Origin: a bacterium
Lineage (GTDB): Bacteria; 4484-113; JAGGVC01
Direction: 5' to 3'
Length of the DNA stretch: 64,000 nt
Assembly (NCBI GenBank): GCA_039961635.1
Contig: JABRWB010000012.1
Coordinates: 22,273-86,272 of the forward strand
In this document: piece by piece, positions 26,876 to 36,733 of the stretch
Layout of the letters: each line of letters begins with the position of its first letter
How positions within the stretch are numbered: position 1 is the stretch's first letter
Position numbers and translations under genes: made by a program
Notes under the pieces: model-generated
The model's input: the letters and a program-made list of their open reading frames with translations, nothing else
The model's database searches: none
What the model was told of the DNA's origin: nothing

Positions 26876-27862
26876 TCATTTTACCCCGCTTGGGCTCGAT
26901 TGCAAAAACCAGTCGAATGTGCGCACGAGTCCGGATTTCAAATCCGTTTTGGGATTCCATTCGAAATCCCGCGCCGCCTTTGAAGAATCGAGCGCGATCC
27001 GCATCACTTCGCCCGATCTGGGCGGGCCGTTATCTCTTCCCGAGGGCTCGATGCCGCGTGACCTTGCAACATCTTCCAGCAATGCCGCTATTTGCGTTAC
27101 GGGAGTTTCGACGCCAGCGCCGACGTTGTACGCCAGATCGCTTATCGAGGTCGGCGGGCGCCAGCGCCCGCTTTCGAGATAGGTCAACGCGAGCAGCAAT
27201 GCATCGACCGCGTCATCAACGTATACGTAATCCCGTGTAGCTTCACCGGTGCCGTGGATCACGAGCGGCTTTCCCGCGATAATCCTGCTGCAAAAAATCG
27301 CCACCACGCCGGCTTCTCCGCAGGGATCCTGTCGCGGGCCGTAAACGTTGCCGGGTCTGACTGATACGCCGCGGATTTTCTTGCGCTCCGCCGCGTATAC
27401 GAGCACCCTCTCGAACTCGTACTTCGAGCGGCTGTAAGGAAACGGCAATCGCTTGTCCGCGGTTTCGGAGATCGGATATTCGACGAACGGAGTTTGGTCG
27501 CCGTACACGATGCCGGTTGAAACATTGACGAAATATTCCGCGCCTGACAGAATGGCCGCCGCGAGCACGTTCTGGCTTCCGCCGGCATTTATCGAGAAAT
27601 CCCTGTCCGGATCGCGGATGCTGTCCGGGACGCTCACCTGCGCGGCGAGATGAAATACTGCGTCCGGTTTGAATGCCGAAAGCAAATCCGAAAGGCGATC
27701 CTCGCGGATGTCCGCCTGCTCGAACTTCACGGAGGCGTTAAGATTTTCCCGTTTTCCCGTCGAAAGGTCGTCAATCACCAGTACCGCGTGCCGCAGGCCG
27801 ACGAGCGCGTCGACAAGATGACTCCCTATGAATCCAGCTCCGCCGGTTACCGCAACGCGCAC
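26876..27862 (-). CDS. NAD-dependent epimerase/dehydratase (extended SDR; UDP-sugar 4-epimerase-like).
   Basis: MRVAVTGGAGFIGSHLVDAL Rossmann motif and a YxxxK region. About 328 aa. Confidence 0.85.
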   Translation of the reverse strand: MRVAVTGGAGFIGSHLVDALVGLRHAVLVIDDLSTGKRENLNASVKFEQADIREDRLSDLLSAFKPDAVFHLAAQVSVPDSIRDPDRDFSINAGGSQNVLAAAILSGAEYFVNVSTGIVYGDQTPFVEYPISETADKRLPFPYSRSKYEFERVLVYAAERKKIRGVSVRPGNVYGPRQDPCGEAGVVAIFCSRIIAGKPLVIHGTGEATRDYVYVDDAVDALLLALTYLESGRWRPPTSISDLAYNVGAGVETPVTQIAALLEDVARSRGIEPSGRDNGPPRSGEVMRIALDSSKAARDFEWNPKTDLKSGLVRTFDWFLQSSPSGVK

Positions 27863-27898
27863 GGCCCGATTCTACCGCATTGCATCCGGAATGGCAGG

Positions 27899-29791
27899 CT
27901 AACGTGCCGTCTCGAGCTTCGGCCCGCCGGGCTTGTGCGAGCCGAGCTGTATCAACCTTGTCGCGCCGACGATTATCACGCCGACGCTGAACAGGATTAA
28001 AAGTACGATGGTCACGGCGAGCACGTTGCGCTGCACCAGGTCCGCGGGCGCCTTCTTGAACAGCCCCTGGAGCTGGTAAATGAGCGAATAAAGCGTGGTC
28101 GCGGTCATAAACACCGCGGGAATGAGCGTATACCAGGCGGTTTTCTTTCTGTTGACCAGCCAGATGCTTATCGCTATAAGCGCGAGCGCGGCCATCATCT
28201 GGTTCGCGGTGCCGAATACGGGCCAGATGATTTTGTATCCGTTGTTTACCGCAAGCAGAAACATAAGTCCCACGCTCAATCCGGCGTTGAACATATAGTT
28301 CATCAATAACGCGGGCGGCGTCTTCCAGATGAACCGCCACAATTCCTCGAAAAGATACCGGTTGAGCCTGACCGCGCTGTCCAGCGTCGTTACAATGAAT
28401 CCCTCGACCGCGAGTATGCCGAAAATTGTCGCAAGGTAAAGCGGGATTCCCAGAGCTTTGTTGGCCAGGCCGCCGAATCCCAGGGCGAATGTGAGTATCG
28501 GGTTTCCTTTGCCCGCCTCGGGATACATGTTCGCCATATATCCGCCGTGCCCCAGTCCGGCTGCCAGCGCGATGATCACTCCGGTCGCCAAAAGCCCTTC
28601 GAGAAGCATCCCGCCGTACGCGATGCGCTTGGCGTCGGACTCGGTCGCGCACTGCTTTGCAGTGGTGCCGCCGGCGACCAGCGAATGGAATCCGCTTATC
28701 GCGCCGCAGGCGATTGTGATGAACAAAATCGGCCAGATCGGCCCGAGCAGAGCGGTTCCCTTGGCTACGTTGTCGCCGAGCTTGAACAGCTCGGGGTCGG
28801 CTGTTATGCCCATAACTCCGCCAGCCAATCCTGCAATCAACAACACGGCGACGCCGGTGTATAGTATGAAGCTGTTGATGAAATCGCGCGGCTGAAGAAC
28901 GATCCAGACCGGAATGCCCGCGGCGACGAATGTGTATACCGTGAGAATTAGCATCCAGGGCAGCTTGATGTGCTCGTATGTCCCGTCGCCTATGACAACT
29001 GGAAGCTGCATTCCGACAAGGATGCTTCCAAGCGAAACGCAAAGCGCGATGGCAACCGCGGCCCAGGTTTTAATCCCGCGCCGGTAAACTATGAATCCGA
29101 CTATGGGCGCAATCAGCGTGATGATAATCACGGACGTCGTCGCGATGCCGCCGATGCGCACCATTTCCGCGCCGTCAACCATGGTTTTGTGCAAAGGGAA
29201 AAGAGCGGTACCCTCGGCGTTTCCGAAATACTTTCCGTCAACTATCGAAGTCAGCGAAACGACGGTCAAATCAAGAAACGCGCTCGTCACGAGCAGTATC
29301 AGCAATATCGTGAATGCGATGTAAAGAAAAAATCCCAGCTTGCCGGTCGTTTTGCCAGTTATTTCCGCAACGCTTCTGCCCTTCTCGCGTAAGCTTGCGA
29401 ACAAAGCCGTGTAGTCGTGCACCGCGCCGAAGAACACGCTGCCGACGACGATCCAAGCCCACGCGGGAAGGAATCCGTAAACAAGAGCGAGAGTCGGCCC
29501 GACAATCGGCCCGGCTCCCGCGATCGTCGCGAAATGGTGGCTGAACAGAATCGTCGGACGGGTAGGAACGTAATCCACGCCGTCTTCCATGGCTTTTGCG
29601 GGGGTGGGATTGCCGTCGTTTTCCTCGAACTGGCGGGCTATGAAGCGGGCGTAGAACTTGTATCCTGCTACGCCGATCGCGATCGAAATTAGCAAAATCA
29701 AGCCGATGTTCACCGAGCACCTCCATGGGCGCCTCCCCCCATCTGTCGCCGGAACAGCGGTTCCAGCGGCCTTATCCGGCGGCCGTCCCAT
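27899..29791 (-). CDS. cstA: Carbon starvation protein A (peptide/pyruvate transporter CstA family).
   Basis: CstA N-terminal signature ...YKFYARFIA...TRPTILFSHHFATIAGAGPIVGPTLALVYG... and about 16 TM helices. An in-frame GTG about 80 nt downstream of the track ATG, preceded by GGAGGTG, may be the true start. Confidence 0.85.
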   Translation of the reverse strand: MGRPPDKAAGTAVPATDGGRRPWRCSVNIGLILLISIAIGVAGYKFYARFIARQFEENDGNPTPAKAMEDGVDYVPTRPTILFSHHFATIAGAGPIVGPTLALVYGFLPAWAWIVVGSVFFGAVHDYTALFASLREKGRSVAEITGKTTGKLGFFLYIAFTILLILLVTSAFLDLTVVSLTSIVDGKYFGNAEGTALFPLHKTMVDGAEMVRIGGIATTSVIIITLIAPIVGFIVYRRGIKTWAAVAIALCVSLGSILVGMQLPVVIGDGTYEHIKLPWMLILTVYTFVAAGIPVWIVLQPRDFINSFILYTGVAVLLIAGLAGGVMGITADPELFKLGDNVAKGTALLGPIWPILFITIACGAISGFHSLVAGGTTAKQCATESDAKRIAYGGMLLEGLLATGVIIALAAGLGHGGYMANMYPEAGKGNPILTFALGFGGLANKALGIPLYLATIFGILAVEGFIVTTLDSAVRLNRYLFEELWRFIWKTPPALLMNYMFNAGLSVGLMFLLAVNNGYKIIWPVFGTANQMMAALALIAISIWLVNRKKTAWYTLIPAVFMTATTLYSLIYQLQGLFKKAPADLVQRNVLAVTIVLLILFSVGVIIVGATRLIQLGSHKPGGPKLETAR

Positions 29792-29914
29792 ATTTTATCA
29801 CTGAAAAGCGCACGGCCTGCCAATTCCGGACTTGGCGCTCCGGTATCTTTACGAGGCTGCAGTCTTCGGCTAAAATGCGGCATCCCCGCGGGGATATGCT
29901 CATTCCGGGAGTGG

Positions 29915-30655
29915 TTGATGAAGAAGTTTGCCCTTGTTGCAGTGCTTTTCGCCGTTATCGGGGCCGTATGCGCGCCTAGGCCCGCGCAGGCGAAAATAAC
30001 CGAGTTGAACCAGATTCCGACTGCGGACGTAATCGGGGTCGCCAAATTCAGAATCAATTTCGACGTGAGTTTCACAGGCGGCGAGAACACCATCGGCAGC
30101 ATCACCGAGGACGGCACCGGCTTCCTTCTCGGCGCGACTGCGGGAGTTTTCCCCAAGCTTGAAGTGGGAGTCACCGTCCCGTTCGAAGAATTCGACATCG
30201 GAGCGGGTTTCTGGCCGGAGGCGCCTTCCCAGACCGACGCGCAGTTCGAGTTCAAGTTCAACGTTATCGAGGAAAGCCTTACGATGCCGGGCGTTTCGGT
30301 CGGTATGCGCAACATAGCCAGCGACGCGGATGCCAATTACTTCGTCGTCGTTTCCAAGCACTTCACCGAGCTGGTCGGACTGCATGCAGGCGCACAGGGG
30401 AACACCTTCGGCATGGACGACGACATACAGTTCTTCGCCGGCGCGAACGCCAAGGTTATCCCCGGCATGCTGGAACTAATGGCCGACTGGCAAAACAACG
30501 ACGGCGACGAGCTTGACCAGGGCGTGTTCGGCCTCGGCGTAAAGTGGCAGGGCTTCCCGATGTTCGACATCATCGCGAAGGGCTTCTTCGTGGACGGGGA
30601 CAACAATCCGTTCGATAATCTGTACGTCGTGGAAGTCGCCTGGAACAGCATCTAG
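29915..30655 (+). CDS. Hypothetical secreted/outer-membrane protein with signal peptide.
   Basis: MMKKFALVAVLFAVIGAVCAPRPAQA signal peptide; alternating beta-strand-like pattern; no recognisable domain. Confidence 0.5.
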   Translation: MMKKFALVAVLFAVIGAVCAPRPAQAKITELNQIPTADVIGVAKFRINFDVSFTGGENTIGSITEDGTGFLLGATAGVFPKLEVGVTVPFEEFDIGAGFWPEAPSQTDAQFEFKFNVIEESLTMPGVSVGMRNIASDADANYFVVVSKHFTELVGLHAGAQGNTFGMDDDIQFFAGANAKVIPGMLELMADWQNNDGDELDQGVFGLGVKWQGFPMFDIIAKGFFVDGDNNPFDNLYVVEVAWNSI

Positions 30656-30791
30656 TCCTTGCCGGCGTTTCATTTGGAGAACTAATCCGGTGCAGGCCGC
30701 AATCGGAGCCGATTCGTTGCGGTCTGCACCGGGTCTTTGACCCGAACCTCGCGTTGACGGAGCGGTGGCAAAATAATAATCTTGGTGGGTC

Positions 30792-33272
30792 TTGCGGTTC
30801 CGCGTTTCCATTACGGGCATCGTCCAGGGCGTCGGCTTTCGTCCGAACGTTCACAAGCTGGCGGAGCGCTTCGGAATCCGCGGCTGGGTGCTCAACAATT
30901 CAAGCGGCGTCACGATGGAGATCGAGCCGCCTCCCGGGGGCGGAAAAAACGAGCTGACGCGCTTCCTGCTTGCCCTAAAGGACGAAGCTCCGCCGCTTGC
31001 GAAAATCCTTACGATTGAAGCCATCGAGCTTCCGGCCGTCGGTTTCGCCGGATTCGAAATCCGCGACAGCGAGCGGCTTCCCGGCGAGCTTACGCTTATA
31101 AGCCCGGACGTCGCGCTTTGCGCGGACTGCAAAGCCGAGCTGTTCGATCCGGGCGACCGGCGCCATCTGTATCCGTTCATCAACTGCACAAACTGCGGGC
31201 CGCGCTATTCGATAATCCGCTCGATTCCCTACGACCGGCCGAACACAACGATGGCCGCGTTTACGATGTGCGATGCGTGCGCGGCGGAATACTCCGACGT
31301 CGGCGACCGCCGCTATCACGCCCAGCCTGATTGCTGCCCCGCCTGCGGTCCGTCGGTCGAGCTTGTGGATTTCACCGGTGTTAAAATTGCGGGGGGGGAG
31401 TCAGATGAAACCGGTGCGATTGCGGTCTGCGCGCGCATGATCCTGGACGGCAAAATCGTCGCGATTAAAGGCGTCGGTGGATTCCACCTGGCATGCGACG
31501 CGTCGAATCCCGCGGCGGTCGGCCTTCTGCGCGCCCGCAAACGTCGAGCCCGGGCAAAACCTTTTGCCGTAATGGTGCGCGATCTCAAATCCGCGCTTGA
31601 AATCTGCGATGTTTCGGAACTTGAGGCGTCGCTGATTTCTTCCACCGCAGCGCCGATTATGCTTCTAAAGCGCGCGCGCTTGGAGCGGCATCCGGTCGCT
31701 TCCGAAGTCGCCCCGGGCCAATCCAGGCTGGGCGTTATGATTGCGTACGCGCCGCTGCATCACGTGATTTTCCACTGGCTTGAGCGATTGCGCGTTTCTC
31801 CGCTTGAATCCAAGGATACGCGTCTGGACAAAGCGGGTGTCCCCCGTTCCATCATCCTGGTCATGACCAGCGCGAATATTTCCGAAGAGCCGCTGGTCTC
31901 GCAAAACCGCGAAGCGCTGGAAAAACTTTCCGGCCTTGCGGACGCTTTGCTTATGCACAACCGGGACATCCACGCGAAATGCGACGACAGCGTTGCGCGC
32001 GTGGTTTCGGGACGCATCCAGCTGATCCGCCACAGCCGGGGCTTTTCGCCGCATCCAGTCAGTTTCGCATCGGACGGACCGCAGGTTTTGGGAGTGGGCG
32101 CCGAGAAAAAAAACACCTTCGCGCTTTCGCGCGGCCGCTTCGGTTTTCTCTCTCCGCACATGGGTGATATGGAAAATCTCGAAACGATGCGGTTTTTCGA
32201 GGAAACGCTGGAACATTACAAATCGCTTTTTTCAATCGAGCCCGAAGCGGTCGCGTGCGACCTTCATCCGGATTACCTCGCGACGAAGTGGGCGGAGGAA
32301 TACACCGCACGCAACGGGCTGCCGCTTTACCGCGTCCAGCACCACCACGCGCACATGGCGTCCGTCCTTGCGGAGCATGGCGAGGCCGGCCCCGCGCTGG
32401 GCGTATCATTCGACGGCACCGGCTACGGCCCGGACGGTACGCTGTGGGGGGGGGAGTTTCTATGGGGCGGTCTTTCGGATTACCGTCGATTCGGCAAGTT
32501 TTTTCCGCTCAAACTGCCGGGGGGCGAGGGTGCAATCAAGGAGCCATGGCGCGTCGCGCTCGCGGCTTTGTCCACGCTCGACGACGGGGAACTCGCCGGA
32601 GCCGCGCGGTCGCTTCTGGAAAAGCGGCTTTCTGCGGACGCAATCCCCGTTGACAAAATCGCCGACGTACGCCGGATGATCGATCGAAACGCGAACTGCG
32701 TTGCCACTTCGTCCTGCGGCCGCTTGTTCGACGCCATCAGCGCGCTCGTCGGGTTATGCCATACCGCAAGCTATGAAGGTCAGGCGGCGATGCTGCTGGA
32801 GGAGGCGATGGGCGATCCGCTGGCCTGGCGGGGCGAACTTGATCCGTACCGCTGGCGGTGGCGGGAGGCGCGGCCGACGGAGGCCATCGCCGGCTTTCTT
32901 TCAAGCGAAGACGGAGGCGGGCATCCGCCGCCGATAGTGCTGGACTGGCGCCCGCTCGTCGAGGATGCTTGCAAGGATCTGCTTTCGGGATTGTCGCTCG
33001 CGCGCATTTCGGCGAGGTTCCACCTTGCGATTGTGGACATAGTATGCGACGCGGCTTTTCGCGCGCACACCGTTCTCGGAGCGGAAATCGTCGCGCTTTC
33101 CGGCGGATGTTTCCAGAACGCCTTTTTGGTGGAAGAAATAACGCGCCGCCTGCCGAAAACGCGGTTCCGCGTTCTCACCGGCTCGCTCGTGCCGCCCAAC
33201 GACGCGGGAGTATCTCTCGGTCAAGTGGCATCCGCGCGTGCGGCGATTGGTAAATCCGGTGCGCAGGGTTGA
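30792..33272 (+). CDS. hypF: [NiFe]-hydrogenase maturation carbamoyltransferase HypF.
   Basis: Acylphosphatase domain (VQGVGFRP); two Zn-finger motifs (CADCKAELFDPGDRRHLYPFINCTNCGPRYSI and CDACAAEYSDVGDRRYHAQPDCCPACGP); YrdC and Kae1-like C-terminal domains. TTG start per the track. Confidence 0.9.
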   Translation: MRFRVSITGIVQGVGFRPNVHKLAERFGIRGWVLNNSSGVTMEIEPPPGGGKNELTRFLLALKDEAPPLAKILTIEAIELPAVGFAGFEIRDSERLPGELTLISPDVALCADCKAELFDPGDRRHLYPFINCTNCGPRYSIIRSIPYDRPNTTMAAFTMCDACAAEYSDVGDRRYHAQPDCCPACGPSVELVDFTGVKIAGGESDETGAIAVCARMILDGKIVAIKGVGGFHLACDASNPAAVGLLRARKRRARAKPFAVMVRDLKSALEICDVSELEASLISSTAAPIMLLKRARLERHPVASEVAPGQSRLGVMIAYAPLHHVIFHWLERLRVSPLESKDTRLDKAGVPRSIILVMTSANISEEPLVSQNREALEKLSGLADALLMHNRDIHAKCDDSVARVVSGRIQLIRHSRGFSPHPVSFASDGPQVLGVGAEKKNTFALSRGRFGFLSPHMGDMENLETMRFFEETLEHYKSLFSIEPEAVACDLHPDYLATKWAEEYTARNGLPLYRVQHHHAHMASVLAEHGEAGPALGVSFDGTGYGPDGTLWGGEFLWGGLSDYRRFGKFFPLKLPGGEGAIKEPWRVALAALSTLDDGELAGAARSLLEKRLSADAIPVDKIADVRRMIDRNANCVATSSCGRLFDAISALVGLCHTASYEGQAAMLLEEAMGDPLAWRGELDPYRWRWREARPTEAIAGFLSSEDGGGHPPPIVLDWRPLVEDACKDLLSGLSLARISARFHLAIVDIVCDAAFRAHTVLGAEIVALSGGCFQNAFLVEEITRRLPKTRFRVLTGSLVPPNDAGVSLGQVASARAAIGKSGAQG

Positions 33273-33365
33273 TTTGAGAAGACGTTTTAATTGGGGCATA
33301 TCGACGGTGGTACGAGCTGATTATATTAATTTATAAAACCTGTGCAGCAAGTAAATGCATAAACA

Positions 33366-34952
33366 TCACATCAAATCATCAGGAAAAATGTTGTTTTTCC
33401 ATTCGCAATCGCGAAGAAACTCGTCGGAAAGCGTGCCCGTGCGCAGCCCTTCGTATATATGGTTGAAATTGGCGATATGCGATTTCGTGCGCATTACCGC
33501 ATAGGACACCATTGTTCCCGTCTGCATTATGAACGCCCAATCGCTGGCCTGCAATAAAAGCAGCTCCCGCCGCGCCTGGGCCAGCGCGCGGCGGACAAAC
33601 CCGTCTTCCCAGTGGCCGAAATGGACTTCCAGTTCGTCCATCCTGCGCGCCAGTTGGAAAAAGTGCGGATATATCCACTCGTTCGATGCGGACAGCCAAA
33701 ACTCGCAGTAGCCTTTGTCCCCCCAGCTTGATTGCGCCGGCACCGCAACTTGATTCGCGGGGAACGCGTCGAGATAGTCCGGCGCGGTGCAAAGAGCGAC
33801 GGCGCCGGGATGCTCCGCGCAGCGGCGGATGACGGCTTCCAGCCACAGCGGGCCTTCGTACCACCAGTGGCCGAAAAGCTCCGCGTCGTATGGCGCCACC
33901 ACAAGGGGGGGGCGGTCAATCACCGCCGCGAGATGCTTGAACTGCTCCGTGCGGTTGAAGTGGAAATTGGACGCGTGCTCGTTAAGCTTGTTCCATGCGG
34001 CAACGGGATCGTATATGCGTTTGTGCGCCGTTTTGCCGGTTATCGCGTAGTACTTGAAACCGGTGTGGATGCGGACTCGTCCCTCGTGAATATAGGGAGC
34101 GACGTATTCCAGCGGCAGATCGAAGCCGATGTCGCGGTAAAAATCGCGGTAATTCCGGTCGCCGGGGTAGCCTTCCTGCGCGCTCCACACGGACTTGGAG
34201 GACTCCTTGTCCCTTCCGAACGCGGCGACGCCGTTTTCGCAGTAGACGGGCGCATGCACGCCGTATACTGGCGGGGGGGACGCATGTTCCAGTCCGTGCG
34301 TGTCAAGGAAGAAATAGCGCAAGCCTTCGTCCAACAAGAAGCTCTCGAGCCCGGGAAAGTAGCCGCATTCAGGCAGCCAGATGCCTTCCGGGCGCTCACC
34401 GAGGACGCGCTCGTGATACGCACACGCGACCGCCACTTGGCGGCGTATCGCGGACGGGGTGGGCTGCGCAAGCGGGAGGAACATGTGGGTGGCCGCGCAG
34501 GTGATGATTTCGAGCGCGCCGGATTCTCTGAAGCGGCGGAAGCCGCGGACGAGGAAGGTTTGGTATTGCTCCGCGAATACCGCGCGGCAATGCTCGAGGC
34601 GGGAGCGGTACATCAGCGCCAGGTTGTGGAATTCGCGGTCGTTATTCCATGTGCGCTCCGCCTCGCGGTTTGCAAGCTCGATGTGCGAGTCGAGGAATCG
34701 AAGATAGCGCATGCGCAGAAGCTCGTCCTCGAGCATCGCGAGAAGCGTCGGCGTGAGCGACATCGTGATTCGGAAGGGGATGCCGTCGCGTTCCAAGCGC
34801 TCCATCATATCGAGGAGCGGAATGTATGTTTCCGTGATAGCTTCGTACAGCCAGCGTTCCTCTAGGTGGTGCTCGTGCTCTGGATGGCGCACGTAAGGCA
34901 GGTGCGCGTGGAGCACGAACATAAGAAGGCCGGGCAAATTATCCTTCGGCAT
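33366..34952 (-). CDS. GH57-family 1,4-alpha-glucan branching enzyme (DUF1957-type).
   Basis: N-terminal GLLMFVLHAHLPYVRHPEHE...ERWLYEAITETYIPLL typical of GH57 branching enzymes; about 528 aa. Confidence 0.8.
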   Translation of the reverse strand: MPKDNLPGLLMFVLHAHLPYVRHPEHEHHLEERWLYEAITETYIPLLDMMERLERDGIPFRITMSLTPTLLAMLEDELLRMRYLRFLDSHIELANREAERTWNNDREFHNLALMYRSRLEHCRAVFAEQYQTFLVRGFRRFRESGALEIITCAATHMFLPLAQPTPSAIRRQVAVACAYHERVLGERPEGIWLPECGYFPGLESFLLDEGLRYFFLDTHGLEHASPPPVYGVHAPVYCENGVAAFGRDKESSKSVWSAQEGYPGDRNYRDFYRDIGFDLPLEYVAPYIHEGRVRIHTGFKYYAITGKTAHKRIYDPVAAWNKLNEHASNFHFNRTEQFKHLAAVIDRPPLVVAPYDAELFGHWWYEGPLWLEAVIRRCAEHPGAVALCTAPDYLDAFPANQVAVPAQSSWGDKGYCEFWLSASNEWIYPHFFQLARRMDELEVHFGHWEDGFVRRALAQARRELLLLQASDWAFIMQTGTMVSYAVMRTKSHIANFNHIYEGLRTGTLSDEFLRDCEWKNNIFPDDLM

Positions 34953-35006
34953 AAGAGATTCGCCCGGTGCATGGTGCGGCGGGCAAGGTATGATACCACC
35001 GGCCTG

Positions 35007-36344
35007 TCAATCGTCGTCCGGGTCGGGATGGAGAAATCGGAAGCGGGTTATCCCGAACGAGGGCGGCGGCGGCGCTGTGTATACGGTGTGCACTCCTGTG
35101 TCCGGATGGATGAATCCCAGCCTCCACGCGTGCAACAGATGGCCGCCGTAGGGATAGCCGTCCTCGATTCCTAGAAGCCCTCGTATCCGAATCCTTTCTT
35201 CATTATCTGAAACAAGCCCGGAAAGCGCGGGAGGCAGCGCTTCGATATCGCGCTTTCTTCCGGTGTCGACCGCTCGAACGAACCGCGCATTTATGCCTGT
35301 TCCATACAGCACGTCGCCCACGATTTCCAGCCCGATTGATTTGAGGTGGACGCGGATTTGGTGCGTTCTGCCTGTATGAAGAATGCATCGCAGGAGCGAG
35401 AAGCAATCGTTCGATTCGAGAACTTCGTAATCCGTGCGGGCGAATCGCGCCTTCGTGCCCGCGCGCGCCAGTATGTCGCCCGAAGCGAACTGTTTTCGCT
35501 CCTTTGGATGACGGCCGATCGGCGCGTCCAACGTTCCAAACGGCTCCTTCGGCGCCCCGTACACCACGGCGAGATATTCCTTCTGCACCGAGCGCGCCGC
35601 GAAGTCGCTTGAAATGTGCCGGTGCGCAATCACGTCGCGCGCTACGACCAGGCATCCCGTCGTCATTTTGTCGAGACGATGGACTATTCCGACGCCGCAG
35701 TGCGCGGAAAGCGCCGCTTTGATTTTCTCCACCGGGTCGTACTCGAACTCGGCGCGGCCGGGCAAGTAGGCCGGCTCGTCGGATTCCGACATTTCTTCTT
35801 CTTCCGAGGCGTTGCCGGACGGGAAAAAGCTGTCCGGTTCTTCAATGCGCTGTTCTTCGGTTTCCAACGGATGCGGGGCAGGGGACGGCGCGTCGAAGCG
35901 CGGAATTTCGAGCGGGATCGAAAGCGCGGGCGCGCCGTATCGGTGAAGCAGCGCCCCCGCGACGGTCGGTCCGCGGTCGCTCGGCGACGGATGCACCGCG
36001 ACGCCCGCTTGTTTGTTAATTACAATTATGCGGGCATCTTCGTGAATTACGTCAAGCGGAATGTCCTGCGGCTCGATTGTGATGCTTCCCAAAAATTCTT
36101 CAATCAGCGCTGCGATGCGCTCCGGCGATGCGGCGATTTCCAGCATTCCTTCGCGCAGCTTTGATGCGGGCTTCAGCCGCTTGCCGTCCTGGCTAACCAG
36201 GCCGGTCGTAATGATGGTTTTCGCCCGCTCGCGGGACACGTTCATATCGAGCCGCTCTGTCAAAAGCGCGGCGACCGCGGTGTCCGCGCGCTGACCAGCG
36301 CGGGCGGAAGTAATCTCTATCTGAAAAGCTCCTCCTTCGCCCAC
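35007..36344 (-). CDS. RluA/RluD-family 23S rRNA pseudouridine synthase with an S4 domain and an unusual roughly 70-aa acidic insertion.
   Basis: S4-like N-terminus; catalytic motif VGIVHRLDKMTTGCLVVA and ...HTGRTHQIRVHL. An inserted Glu/Asp/Pro-rich segment (PAPHPLETEEQRIEEPDSFFPSGNASEEEEMSESDEP) sits between the S4 and catalytic domains. Confidence 0.8.
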   Translation of the reverse strand: MGEGGAFQIEITSARAGQRADTAVAALLTERLDMNVSRERAKTIITTGLVSQDGKRLKPASKLREGMLEIAASPERIAALIEEFLGSITIEPQDIPLDVIHEDARIIVINKQAGVAVHPSPSDRGPTVAGALLHRYGAPALSIPLEIPRFDAPSPAPHPLETEEQRIEEPDSFFPSGNASEEEEMSESDEPAYLPGRAEFEYDPVEKIKAALSAHCGVGIVHRLDKMTTGCLVVARDVIAHRHISSDFAARSVQKEYLAVVYGAPKEPFGTLDAPIGRHPKERKQFASGDILARAGTKARFARTDYEVLESNDCFSLLRCILHTGRTHQIRVHLKSIGLEIVGDVLYGTGINARFVRAVDTGRKRDIEALPPALSGLVSDNEERIRIRGLLGIEDGYPYGGHLLHAWRLGFIHPDTGVHTVYTAPPPPSFGITRFRFLHPDPDDD

Positions 36345-36419
36345 GAAGGCATTTTAGCGCAATGCCTGGCGGAAACGCCCGCATCCCGCAGGCGTTAGTG
36401 CGGCATTCGTGGAAATCTC

Positions 36420-36455
36420 AAAAAAGGGAAGCCGGCGCGTAGCCGGACTTCCCTT
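36420..36455 (-). terminator. Rho-independent terminator of the MarR-like plus Cys-rich-protein operon.
   Basis: Hairpin GGGAAGCCGGC-gcgta-GCCGGACTTCCC (36426-36455), followed on the minus strand by a U6 run (A-run 36420-36425 on the top strand), 12 nt downstream of the 36467 stop. Confidence 0.55.
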
Positions 36456-36466
36456 GAAACCGGATG

Positions 36467-36676
36467 TTACTTGCAGCAGGAATCTCCGTCGCCGTCGTCC
36501 TTGCAGCATTCGCAATCGCAATTGCATCCGCAAGAGCAACAGCTGCAGGTGCACTGGCCTCTAAGGAACGCCTGGATGCGCTCGCCCCACTCGGCGCGGA
36601 TTTCCTCGTCCTCGCTTTCGACCGTGAGCATGTAGCCCTTGTCGGTCTTCGTGAGCTTGATCGTCAACATGTCCAT
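36467..36676 (-). CDS. Small (69-aa) cysteine-rich protein, metallothionein-like (12 Cys in the last 30 residues).
   Basis: MDMLTIKLTKTDKGYMLTVESEDEEIRAEWGERIQAFLRGQ-CTCSCCSCGCNCDCECCKDDGDGDSCCK. SD GGAGG lies 7 nt before the ATG. Follows the MarR-like gene by 55 nt. Followed by a terminator. Confidence 0.6.
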   Translation of the reverse strand: MDMLTIKLTKTDKGYMLTVESEDEEIRAEWGERIQAFLRGQCTCSCCSCGCNCDCECCKDDGDGDSCCK

Positions 36677-36733
36677 CGGACAACCTCCGTAAATCAGTTT
36701 AGAGTTTAGATTTGAGAGTTTTGAGTTGGAAAA

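Noticed and set aside
27771-29042. 423-aa minus-strand ORF overlapping cstA in another frame
   Set aside because: Off-frame of cstA; extremely Arg-rich (RRRR runs), typical GC-rich frame artefact.
33732-34865. 377-aa plus-strand ORF opposite the GH57 gene
   Set aside because: Antisense shadow.
35616-36164. 182-aa plus-strand ORF opposite rluD-like gene
   Set aside because: Antisense shadow.
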